Part shown: piece by piece, positions 27,048 through 40,326 of the stretch
Layout: every line of letters begins with the position of its first letter
How positions within the stretch are numbered: position 1 is the stretch's first letter
DNA from: Balanoglossus misakiensis
Lineage: Eukaryota; Animalia; Hemichordata
DNA length: 64,000 nucleotides
Direction of reading: 5' to 3'
Assembly (NCBI GenBank): GCA_040954595.2
Contig: CM082594.2
Location: 6,147,962-6,211,961 of the forward strand
The notes under the pieces: generated by a model
What the model was told of the DNA's origin: nothing
What the model saw: only the letters and a program-made list of their open reading frames with translations
The model's database searches: none
Program-made: the position numbers and the translations under genes

Positions 27048-30000
27048 CAAACACGCACTAACTCTCCGGCTATTTCCTATTCCTTTCAAGCATATCAGAG
27101 TCTTCCATTAAAATGCTGTTCTGCATCACGGAAATGAATCCCTGTATTTGCTGATGGCAGTCATGAACAGTCGGATGATTTTTTTACTTTCTTAGATTGA
27201 AAACATGTTCTACACGAATACGAAAAACATGACAAATTTAGCACCGCTTATGGCCTTCTTTCAAGTATAACTAACATGGCCTACAATGTTTCAAGACATT
27301 ACTGATCGTTACGGGTTCAAGAGCTTCTATAATATTCTGTGTACGTCTCTATACATGTATGTCACTATCTCTACATTTTTCTGAACTTAGTACAATAGGC
27401 AAACTCTTATAAAGAAAGATGGAGTGGCCGGCAATTTATGGTTTCTGAGTTTGGCCATTTGCAGAAGCCAAAAAAAAGTGCCGCGGTAACCCAAATATAA
27501 AACATACAAATATTAATATGGGTTCATTAGCTTAGTAAAATTGTTATCATGGTACAAGTACATGCAAAAAAATGGTTCTTGTAGTGCAGTTGAGTATTTC
27601 CTTCAATCCTATTTTCTGTAGCACTATTCCGATGAAAAAAATCAGCATAACTCCAATCTCACCTCTAAAAATATATCACAGAGAGAGAATCAGTTCTCTT
27701 AAGTGGCATTTACACAGGTCATGAACTGAACTGCAGATATTTCAAATAAAATTGTTCAACCCTTTGGGAATACAGTGTTAATGCAGCAATTTTGCGTGAA
27801 AAGACATACAAGGAACGACCTCTGTCACAATGCCCTGCCTGATAAATGTCGAGAATATCTGTGGATAGTGGAACAATAATTGAATACTCCCCAAGGGGTA
27901 TATGAAAACTTCAAGGTTGACTCGGTCTTTTTCAGAATTCATATCGGAGTCTCTATGGGAGCGGTAACCCAATATAGAGATAAAATGCAAAGTGTACATT
28001 TATGTAGTATATTTACCTGGAGAAATTGATCTGACACAAGCAATTGCATTTGTGATTGAACCTGGACCCTATGCATGTATACATAATTTGATATTAAATC
28101 TCAAGCCAATTGTCCTTGCAGATTTGCAATAAATCACTTTATACTATATACAATATCTAGGAATAGTCTAATCCATTTGTATGGACAAAACAAACACCGG
28201 TGTAATGTACACTATGGCATTTCACTACGTATGATTGTTCTGTGACTGGGCTAAGCTTTTCCATTTCTGAAAAGGTGAAGAGTTCAACAGATTTCTGTGA
28301 TATGTCATTCCGATACTAAGCCACCTCATGAAGTTCAAGATGCTTATTTAATTATTCCTAAAAAGCGTTAACTAGATTAGCACACCATATGCAACTGTAG
28401 TTTATATCTGGTCGCTACCTTTATGATGGCATCCTGTATAAATCACTGGTCGTACCTGTTACAACTATAACGTCAGACAACGCTCCTATCAAACTTAAAA
28501 TAATACTTTCTAAATAAATATTCACCTTATTATACAAACAGTGAGTTAATATTTGTTCGTTCATGAACGCCATGCGTAAAATATTAAGGGAATAAGCTTC
28601 CTGCAATATGTTTGAATTTTTTTGCTGGTGTTATGCCTTCATGCATTCTGGCCTACAGAGAATACACATGTACGTTCCATGTTTGCAGCCACGGAGACTT
28701 TACTTAATTCAATATCGAGTTCTCCGAGACTGATTCCTCGGGCAGTGTAATATGCATTTGAAACGGATACTTAATTAAGGCAAGATTATATAAGATCACT
28801 TTTCTGAGAAATGGCGAAACAGCTGCTTTGCTAAACAGCCCATCTTGACCTCCTGATGTAATGCTTTTGCTTGAGGCAAACTCTTGTTTGTCGTACTATC
28901 TGCCTGTTCCATCATGGTTAACATTTGAGGTCAGACGTTTTTTCTAATGACTCCAGTGACTTGGTTATCTAATTGTGTATAGGCAAGAGTTTTAATCCAC
29001 GATACAAAATGGCATTATAAAACGCAAAAGAACAAACACCATCAATATTTATCAGAGTTATTTTCATCTCATATATATAAAATGTAACATGCAGAAAAAC
29101 ATGTTGCAGAGATGAAACACAATATGCCCCTGTGATGGAGAGGAACAAAATGTGTTTATGTAAGCAATGATGAGCCTTCCCTCTGGCAATGTGCTATGCT
29201 TACTTCACAGGAAAGTTCAGTGCAGAGAGTCACAAAAATTGACTAGGAGACTTAGTTACATAACGTAGCTCAGCAGAAATTGCTGTATGTGAACCAACGT
29301 ACAAGTCTATAGGGTAGCATCTCTAATATGAATAAAAATGACGGCAATTAATTTTTTCTCTGTACTCCTTGTTTTTGTTTATCAGAGTGATGGTGTTCAC
29401 CTTTCTTTTCCTGTTTACCTGTGCAGGCTTATACTGATCAGTTGAGGTCACTACAAAAAGGGAACGAATAACCATGGTAACCACATACAAACAGAAGCTC
29501 GATCGACCTCATAAACATTTTAATGTTTGTCCTAATGTCATCAAAAATTAGACAAAATATGCCCACCATCCTGTAATATCCCTCCATACCAAACGAGGCA
29601 CCCTGAATAATGTATATTCACAACTAAACAGTGCTTGTTATGTGATGCTGAAAATTGAAAGATTCAATGTGCAATGTGTTGATTTCCCCAACCGATAACC
29701 AGGACTGCAGCTGCCATGAATGCTAAGATATATGTAAAATAAAGTACGGCTATTACCTCATACTGGGAAACAAAAATTGCAATGGCCCTAGACCAGTAAA
29801 AAACGAGACAAAAATGTGCCTTTTATTGCAATGTGATTACAAACGTGGGCAGAAGCGGTATAGAGGCAATGTTTTAGTCGTCTCTAGCATTTCAGCGAGA
29901 GTATGTCTTGCTTAATTAATAATACAAGCTCATCGCAGGTGTAACATTAACACAGCCATCAAGTGGATGTGATAATCTACCCCCGCAAGCCTACAAGATA

Positions 30001-31149
30001 CATCCCTTGTTGACTATTGACATTTGATGGTGTCGTTTTTTATCTTTTAACAGATTCACACATGATTATATCTAAGCTAAGTCAACTAGTTCACGGAATC
30101 ATGTCCACATTCGACAGCTACAGGATCGGTCACCAAAGACACAGTGTCTCGTCAAGGTTAGCCACTTCACAATATGAATAAAAATATCCCTACTCCATTT
30201 GCCGCAAAATCGTTTACTTCCGTGAGTAAGACACTTTTACGAGTGTAATGATTAAAACTGACAACATTATTCGAAAGTGCTTCAGTTTAACGAGTTCTCA
30301 CACATTCATACATTCAATTGGCAGGTTCTATAGAAAATATGACTGTGTCAGTAAATATTTCGAGTGCTAATTTATGGAGAGCTGGGAATAGTTAAAGTGT
30401 GAGAATTCCGGTGATGTAAAAATAACTGATATTGAAAACCTTGGAAAAATGAAGAAACGTTTTACTAACGCTTTCGTAAGAGACCGCAATTTGAGTGTCT
30501 CATTGCAAACAGTGTGGATGGTTTGTTAAAGTACTTGATTATGCTGTACAATTTTAGAACCATAAAGGGAGATTAGACATTGGATATTTTGCTGGGTTAT
30601 ACAATTGGCGATAAATAAATACATGAATAAACAAACAACAAACACAAAAAAATTAAATAAGAGACCCAAGTATTGTGAAAATATTACCATCATATGTATA
30701 CGTTTGCCACAAACACTGATCTAAAATTTAGAATGATTAAAGTTTGCCTATGCAGTTTTCTGTTTACTGCACGAGATGCCAAATCCTAAACATTTTATTC
30801 GCGAAATTTGTCTCACTTGATAAAATGGCATCTTGTTAGAAACAATGGAATTAGATATAGGTCGTGTCACTCAACATATGTTGTGAATGTTAAAGACAAT
30901 TAAGGATTGCTAAGGACTATGCATGAAACCCTCGAAATGCTGAGCTCTTTTAATGGAAAATTACACCCAATCTTTAAGAAATGTACGGCTCGGCACGATG
31001 CCCATTTTAGGAATGCCTGGCAATGTCGAAACTTGATTATATCTTCACGACATTTTGTTGCATCCTGACACTGATAAATATCGTCATGGAAAAACAATCA
31101 CTAAATGCGTGTTCGTCATGAATGCTACTGTGAAGGTTTGTTAATGGAA

Positions 31150-31242
31150 AAGTGTTGTGCTATGTCGTCATGTATGTGCTGTGATGCCTCTTGTTACCTT
31201 ATGTTGTACTGTCCTGTGTTGTGTCATGCCCTGTGTTGCGTT
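31150..31242 (+). repeat. Degenerate 5-nt periodic (TGTGT/TGTCA/TGTGC) tract
   Basis: gtgttgtgctatgtcgtcatgt...tgttgtactgtcctgtgttgtgtcatgccctgtgttgcgtt. Confidence 0.5.
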
Positions 31243-34200
31243 AACGCGATTGCAAACCTGAAATCGCAGCAGAGATGGGTCTAAGGGTTTGCGATTCACA
31301 TCAGACCCACACGTGCTCCATGGAATACTATATACTCCACTATAACATGCTCATGGCAGCATACTAATCTACAAAACCAACACAAATGAATCGGCCCATG
31401 TCTTTACATCATCATAAAACATCTGTTTGCGTCTCCAATTTCCTTTACTTTTTTAGACATCAATTTTCCCCAAGTCAAACCCCTCTCCGTCCACAATGAG
31501 GTATGTATGGAATACTTCCACGCCGACGATAAAGATTAACGACCGCCGTATATTAACATTTACTCGGAAATTAAACCTTGATGGGGATCAACTTTTGTCA
31601 GACATACAATTTTTACTGGAATATCCGTTATAGCCCGCTGAAATTAAATGCTTTTGTGAATGTTTGAAACCACACAGGAGCTGTGAGCGGAATATAGAAA
31701 TGTCAGCGTGTGTTCAAATAACTTATTAAGACTGTAATGTTTCCTTGCAATTAAAAAACCCATAATCCCAGTGACAGGTGTTTCATCGTCGAGGCTTCGG
31801 TTGTACACTACTTCATAGCCAATGTGGGCGCAGGGAACTAAAACTCTACCACGTGTTCCTCAACAAATGTTCTCTTGATTATTCGCTCAATGTAGGAACG
31901 TCCTTGATTAAAGGTCCACAAGGGGAGATTATGTTTTTGGACTCTATGCTAACAAATAGTTAACTTTGGGGCACACTATAAATGTACTATAAATAACATG
32001 GCCATGTTTATGTTTGCTATAAAACAGGAATTATGTACTACTGCAAAAATCACAGTGACATCGATAAGTGTATAGACCTCAATGCAGCCTCTATTGAGAT
32101 GCTGTTTCTATATTTCTATCGGCCATGAATTTTCTGGTAGTTTTGATAAAGCATCTGTGTTTACTAGTATTGCCATTTGATTTCTGTCATCCTAGCAACA
32201 CCTAGGGACATACACAGCTATGGTATACAGAAGCACGAAATGAAGTTACATAAAAAAACATGTTGTTCCCACGGATGCTTTGATATTTTCACATTCAACA
32301 CATTCCATTACTTACATCCAAGCTGGACAGTTCCTGGGGGAACGATTTACAGAATAACTGAAAGCCGTTACAGAAAGATAAATCTTGCCATACATTTCAT
32401 TCCAACATATGTGTGGACACGTTTAAAACCAAATAAATTAAATAAGGTTATTCATCATCTTGTTTTCGAGGAATCATGTGTAAAAAATTCTCAAATTGGT
32501 TAATCTAATAAAATATCATACATGGACATTTAAAAGACAATATCCACACCTTTACTGCTGATATTATAATTTGCTTTGGGAATATGGCGATGTTCGAAAT
32601 ATAATAGACTTTTCTCAGAAATGAATAGTGTAAGGGATAATGTGGTAAAATGGTTTGCATTTTGACTTGAAATTTCGTTATATTGTAGGTTAATGTAAGA
32701 TTTGGACTATTCGGACTTATCAGAGTGTCATAAAGCAGACTGCTCTCATTGTGCGATATATTTCAACACCGACTGTTGACGTCCCGCATTGCCAGAAGCC
32801 GCCAGACGTACTCACAGAGGTCATGGGCTGACCTGGCATGTGTATAGCATTAATTCCTCATGGAGCGATAACATTGCAGTGATCATCGTCGGCCACATGC
32901 TTACGAAGATAAAAGTGTGTTCGCTGCTTCTGGAAATACGCATTCACCCAAGAAAGGACCTATACCAAAGGGGTAAACCGAATGGGAATGAATATCCCCA
33001 GTGCAAGCAATTTCATCGCCGTCCATACAGCTACAATATATACCCTTACCAGAGTTTCTCAACGTGTGTAAGACCTACACGTATTATATGCCGCACCATT
33101 TCCCTTGGACTCATATGGCGGTGATTACCAACTAAAGTCACTAACACTCTGTTACAGAAATCAATCCCAAGAATCATAATCTTAAGTGTTCGGATACATA
33201 TTGTCCATATTATTAGGTTAACAATGGCACTCTACAAGCTTTGCCTAACTTTAGCATGTTTATCAAACATTTCACAACTAAGCTTACCATTCACTATATG
33301 CGCCAGATCCTTTGGCAAGCTGGCACACATACACAAACTCACTTTAATTACAGAGGCAGTTCATTGCCTAATCACTGAACACTCTTGCCAGACTCGAGAG
33401 TATCCTATCAACTGAGATATCCGGAGGCAAAAACATTCTCGAATTAATGTCACTTGGGTCCCCCCGTGTCTATCATTATCCGCGAGATGCGCCCTACTGG
33501 ATCATCCGCAATGATGGTACCGACCTCGCGGTCGAGTTCATTAATGGTAGTCTCTGAGGTAACCTACAAGTCTTGGCGGACTGCACATCGATGAACAAGA
33601 TCCTGTCTAATGCATCACTGTAAAAGATACTTTGGGGGCAAAGGTTCGAGCAGGTGGAACAGGTTTAATGCACAATGCCTCAGTGCACTGGTATGACGCA
33701 GAAAGACACTTTAACCTATAGACATACGTAACACTGACAAGGTGCAAATTAATGTAAATGTAATTAAAATCGACGCTCAGGCTACTCATTTGAGTTACAG
33801 ACTAGTGGTGACTCTCTCACCCGTAGATACAGAGTTCCTACTCAAATACGATTTTAATCATCTTAAACAAACACAATTAGGTTTCACGCTACATATCGTA
33901 TACATCTTCATTTAATTCACCTTCGCCTTTCCTGCCTAAATCAGAATGGCTGCAACTTGGGTGACAAACTCTTCATTGAGACAGACGGACACCAATACAC
34001 ATTGCGTGTGTCTTAATTACTCTCCCCTTGCTGTCTTTTTATGAACCAGAGAAACACAGACATGTCTGTTAATTCCTAGAATCATTTCCTTATCTGTGCT
34101 TGAATTTTTTTTTCTCAAGTTGCCAACTGTGGCTGTGTCTTTTCTAAGGTTACCCAATGGAAATCCCAATGGAAATCGGCCAAACTCTTCCAGACTCCTC

Positions 34201-37200
34201 AGGATATTATACTGTCCACCCCTTAGTCGGATCACAAGTACGAAGTGGCAAATATTTCACAGGCATTAATACTCTTTCATTTAATGACTTCAACTTTTGG
34301 CAACCCGACATAAATAACTAAACCTTTATTACAGATTAATAAGAAGACTTATTACTTCACCATTCCCAAAAAGAATTCCACCATTGAGTGGCAGCCGCCA
34401 TGAATTGCATTGTTGCATTCTTTAAACACATAAACAAGCCAAGACAGTTTGATGAAATACAAAGACTAAAGGTCACATAAATTCTGAAAAGAAACCTAAA
34501 ACACCCAGATGGATTTTGCCGCTGGCGTTTGCTGTCTAATTTTCAGTGTCAATTAAATATAATATGATGCGAAGGAGAATCTTAGAAGGAAAATCCATCT
34601 GGCATTCAAATTTGATATTCCATCACAGTATGCATAGAAGCCAGTAAATATTTTACTTGCTGTTATGAATGTACAAAAGCAATATCAAGTTATAATACTT
34701 TAAAGACCTTACTAACTTTTAATAGAAGACAAGTGATATTAAATAGTTTGAGGAGACTTTTAACAATTTTCTTCTAGCAGGAGCATAATATGAATACGGA
34801 GTTATTGCAAACAAGCATTTTATATGAGCCACTTAAACTCCTGGAAACGACCCACATGGGACAACTTATATCATGGTCCCTTAAATTTAAGTCAACCCGA
34901 CAAATGAAAAATAACAACTTTCATCAAATGTAAAATATGATGTGCTTAATTTGATATGACATTATGGGTTATTTTATAAATGGTGATATTTCATAGCTGG
35001 CAATATTTGTATTTGATATAAAAATTTCATGAAATCAAATCATGGTTGTTTTTATTGCGCACAAAATAAATGATTTTTTAAAATAAATGTTGAGCTATCA
35101 AAACTGGCCAGAATGTTCAAGTACTCTGTTCTGAAGCTTATGGCTTTAGTTGTCTGACTGATCTCTACGAACATACTGGTTCAACATGACACTGACAATG
35201 TTTATTTTCGGAATAAATGAAAAACTCTCATGTTTACAGTATACTTCTTGCACTTTGCAAAATTTCTCGGAAGAGATCTTTCTTGCAATTGTCTCCAGAC
35301 ACTATAAACTAAGTGTAGAGTCCAACTACCTCCGGAGTACTGGGAAAACTTTTGTCTTCCCTCGGTGCAAGACATTCAGCAAACTGACAAGAGCGGAGAC
35401 TCAGGCAGCACTTAGAAGTATGTCATTTATGTGCAAGGACGAATATTTTATTCAAGGTTACTTGAGGGGGAAACTTGTTACAACAGTGACGTCCGTGAAA
35501 AAGAACGACCATAACTGCTAATAACCAAAACAGATACACATTGCGAGTGTCAAAATCATTCTGAACTATTTATGATTTTTAGGCACGCACACATCCTTTT
35601 AGTTTTCACTGTGTTTTCTATGCATCTTCAACAATAACAAATTAAGAAGACACGGCTAGAAAGACTTGTATCTTGTTCGGTCCATTTGCGGGAGTGCTAC
35701 CGTACGTATTACAGTAATTAGTTTAAAAACATGGAACCGCTCAATATGAGTGTTCGAGACACGAGAATGTGAAGTAGAAGATGTCAAGGTTTGGTTTGCT
35801 TATGCACAGTCCAATAGACGGTTTTGGATGTAAACACGATAAATTTCGTGCCGTGCTTCAACGGTAATTGTTATCATCTTAGAAACCAGGTACCTGTAGT
35901 CATGTAGAAGAATATACTTCATTTGCAGGCCTGCTTTTACTGCAATTTCCGTGTTACCGCCCGTGATGATAGTGTTATTATACACGCTAGGTTTTTTTGT
36001 TTATTTAAACACATGAAAGCAAGTGTTGCAAACATAATCTTTCTCACATGTTTTTCAACAGCCGACGGAATTAATGTACTAGATCTAATATCTCTTTAGT
36101 TCACAGTTTGATTCAGAAATAAAGTGGATCCATAGTACACGGATACTAGTTGCCTGTACTTTCTTGGCTAATTTTAAATCCTGATCGTACACTAACGATT
36201 TGAGCCGCCAGCTACACAATACTCTGGCCAAATTTTGCACAAGAAAAACTTTCATGTTAACTATACACCAAGACCCTGTACAGAGGCAAAGCGCACACTT
36301 GAGTGACAGCGACAACTTCTGGCAGTGCCACTCACTTAACTACAGACTGCAGTGTCTGGAGATATGCTACCTGACTACACCGCCTGTTGTAGCGGCAAAT
36401 GCTTTTTGACGAATTACATTTGTAGGTTCAACTTTGTACCAACAGGAATAAACATCCACCCTCTCATCTGTTGCAACTGGAACAGTAAACCTTTAGAACA
36501 CCTCGAGCAAGTCCCTGAATATTGAGTATGAACAGTTTCAGTGGTTCTACCGTACGTTGTTGTTTCTGTAGCATGTTCAGAAGCACAAGCACCAGGCGCA
36601 CACATTTGAAGAAATTACCTTCTTTTATCATGCTTGTGGATTGAATTATTGCATAATGACCCATTCTCAGTGTAATGGGAGCACTGTTCAAACATCGATA
36701 TTTGTGATGTTCAAGCTGGGCTTAAGCGTATCACTAATAACCAAAACAAAAAATGCAAATGATTCTGTATTACAAAACGCCAGTTTGCAAGTAACACCAT
36801 GCTTGGTAACAAAGGTGGCTTCTCAGATTCGCATAGACACACAGCAGGATTTGATTTTCAGTAGCCTTATACTTTATAAGCGCAATAAAACAGAGAGTTT
36901 TTCTAAACCTTCTGCACGACACTGGAGCTAAAGCCAATGAGTTTCCACAAAGCATTTGTAATATGTGACGTGTAGTATTCAAAAGGTATACGCTGAGCAC
37001 TTAGTACCTAGCATTTGTCATTTCTGATTCACAAAAATGTCACACAAAATATTATCAGTAACTCCACTTTATACTATCCATACATGGATTCTCTCAAAAC
37101 CATGGCACAACCAAATTTAGGGCAGTATGCAAAATCCAGAGTATCAGAAACAGAGGATGTATGAGTATAAATTGTAATATAGTTAATGTAACTCCCATGG

Positions 37201-38552
37201 ATTGTATGAGATATACATAAATCAAATGCTGCTGTCATATTTCTTTCCTGTGAATGATTGCACACTGTGTCTTGATACTCTACATAATTACAACTACGTC
37301 AAGGTCACTCCGCTTTGGAAGTTTATTACAATTTAATTACAATTTACAATCGTGTATAGTGCAGCATGGCCGTAGATATACAATCAATCAAACAACTGTA
37401 ACTGTTTTAGTTATTGCTCTTCTTAGAATGTAGTATTCATAGATACGAATGTACTCTGTCATGCATTGTGACATGATTCCATACAAGGCAGTATACAAAA
37501 TTCGGGTCGATATAGGGATATGGTGTACTGGTCTAAATTATTATCAATTTAATGTTTCCTTACCCATAGAAGAGCTTCAGGTACAAACGTGTGGGTCACG
37601 ATTTAACTAGGCCCCAAAAGAAATTGTGCTATCTTATTTAATCCATCACTCGAGATAAACGTAATTTAAACTGCTCAACAGAGGGTGGTCTCTTTTTCCT
37701 CATATTCTGAGTAATCACAACTGCACCAAGGTCATTTGGAAATAGAAAAATGGATATTGCTATATGCTTCCCCATTTCGAATGATAATTTCGCTACAGAA
37801 ATGCAATAAATGGGAAATGGGAAATCGACGTTTAAACTTTTATGTGCCACATTCCACTGAGGCATAAAATGACCAATTTTCTTATTTCATGGACTGGGTT
37901 ATGCAATAAATGACGCATCACTTTTATTCATTTTTTCGGTTATTATACTTACTAGGCCATAAACATTAAACTTCTCTGTGTTATCATGGTCAAGCGCATT
38001 TCAAGAAACATGTATTTCGAAGACCAATGCCATTATATGTGACACTGATGTAATAACGTGTACCTACTGCAAGTGTATGATATGATTTTCCTACAAAAAA
38101 TATTGAGTGTTTAAAGAATAATAAATATGGATTGTCAAATTAAATTATTATTAATTCAAGGACCACTGCTTTCCATTTGCATTAAGAGATCGGAAAACGG
38201 TTATTTGCAAGATAGCCTTTAAATCAATCATGAGATGGGGAAATGGTAACACAATAAGGTGGCCGGAAGAATAGTATCCGTCTCTTATTCTTGCGACTTA
38301 GCCACTGTCACTAAGTCTATCAAGTCTTATCTGGTTAAGAATTAAACATAATCCAATAAGAGACAGAACCTACAGAGAGTTCCACTCATAGTTAATAGGC
38401 AACATTATCTTTATTAGATTGACTCCTTCTGAGGTCTCTGAATCCCTGATGACATCTGGCTTGCTCATCGCGGCTTCTGGTCGCCATGGCAGCTGAAGAA
38501 AGTGCACAACGAAATCGTGCACCAATTGCAATATATTGTTGGCAAGTATGGT

Positions 38553-38722
38553 AACCAACCAACCAACCAACCAACCATACATACATACATACATACATAC
38601 ATACATACATACATACATACATACATACATACATACATACATACATGCATGCATACATACATACATACATACATACATACATACATACATACATACATAC
38701 ATACATACATACATACATACAT
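38553..38722 (+). repeat. Compound microsatellite (AACC)n(ATAC)n
   Basis: Directly visible. Confidence 0.97.
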
Positions 38723-40265
38723 AAGCAAAAACATATACTGTTGTCACTTATGTACGAGACATTTCCAAATGTTTACTGCCGGATAAAATTAATTGAGCAA
38801 ATGTGCATTTTAAATTCATTCCTGTTTAACATTTTTGACTGTTGTGATCTTTGATCGAGATATGTTCTAAATCCATAGAATATCACAACTGGTTGAAGAA
38901 GGTATAGCCATAGACAATAATCACTGTGTACAGGTAATTATAAATCAGTTGCACTGACAGTAAGCCAGTTAGTCATGAGGTCACCGTCTACAAAAGCTGA
39001 TCGCGTATTTTCCCGACAGCGATGAAGATAATTTTGCATTTTCTCCTATCGTATCCTAAATAAAATATAACTTGAATGTACAGAGAAAACGTCACAGTAG
39101 CCTGTTAACCAAAAAGCCCATTTATGCAGCTGTATTGCCATGGTAACAACATTACATTCATTCTCCACACGCACATGCATATGCATGTATGCATTAATAC
39201 TTTTACCCGTAGTGGGTTTGAACGGAATCTGTGTCAAAAACACAAACATTCATAAAATACATTTTCAAATGTCAAATCTGCACAAGGACTAAGGACAACA
39301 AAAACAACCCAAAAATCATCCACTTGGCAGCCATATTGAATCATACCATGATACAAATGCATGTGCATTATATATTTCAGTACACTTAGTTTGAATGAAA
39401 TGTATACTGGCATGTCCCCATAGTCCCTCCAGACACATAGAATGCAACAAATAGGAGTCCAAATACACTGACCAAACGGGTATCTCTTGGATTCACTTCA
39501 GCAATAACTCCCTGTCCTCTAAATGGCAAAATGAGTCCGCTCAAACATTATAATTTGGTTAAAAGAGCGACAAGATGTGTGAAGTTGCATATACTCAGTG
39601 ACAACACCTGGGCAGATGTTTGCACTAATGAGTGTTTTCAATGAGGTTCACCAGTCATTCAAAACGACATAATGTATAAATTGCCTCTCCTGAAGCAAAG
39701 TAACAGAACATGAGTGTTTCTATTAGATGTGTATTCAACTCAGCATGCCTATCTATGAAACCATCATTAAAACTTTGAAAGACAGTAAATTTTGAGATGT
39801 GTGGAAGAACATCCTTCGTCATCTGTTAATTTTTCAATGAGGCTATTCATAGTACAAAAGAACGTTGTCCGGTTATACAGCAAAAATGCCACACCCAGAA
39901 GAAAGCGTCCATATTTCATTGTATAGAACTAATTAGACAATACGTGGGCACAGGATCTGCACCACTATGGTAAAGTAAACTGACAGGCTATATACTGAGT
40001 ATAAAGTGTGATTTGTTCAAAGTTGCAACCACTTGCTACCTTCTACTGCATGCACTGAACTAATTTTCTAGATCTCGCTGGCCTTTTCACAAGTTTGAAA
40101 AACTGAATCATAACACAGGCTTCCTGCCATCTTAACATATACACTACAGCATATCACACAACCATTAATTTGCACAATTGTTAAGCAGCAAGTCTAACAA
40201 ACAATGCACCAACACAGCGTAATCATGCATGACGCGTCAAAAGCAAGCCTCTCTAAGAATCATGA

Positions 40266-40268
<3 letters not shown>

Positions 40269-40304
<36 letters not shown>

Positions 40305-40326
40305 CGATGGCAACGACAATGATGAT
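40269..40326 (+). repeat. (GAT)n microsatellite
   Basis: Directly visible, degenerating at the 3' end. Confidence 0.93.

Noticed and set aside
29419-29450. 32-nt minus-strand segment with a good acceptor and CAG|gtaaac donor
   Set aside because: The peptide (xTSTDQYKPAQ) is not NPR-like and it would shift phase; probably a pseudo-exon.
31908-32533. Possible second TTAA element (ttaaaggtcca ... tggacatttaa)
   Set aside because: Only about 11 bp of imperfect inverted match; the interior shows no symmetry.
32810-32990. Minus-strand HFYLRKHVADDDHCNVIAP* resembling HFHV...DTECSDVIAP
   Set aside because: Immediate stop and no GPxC or WxxP motif downstream.
39100-39420. Fragments resembling a common invertebrate interspersed repeat (ttgccatggtaac, ggcagccatattgaa, agtttgaatgaaat)
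   Set aside because: Boundaries and family cannot be established from this window.
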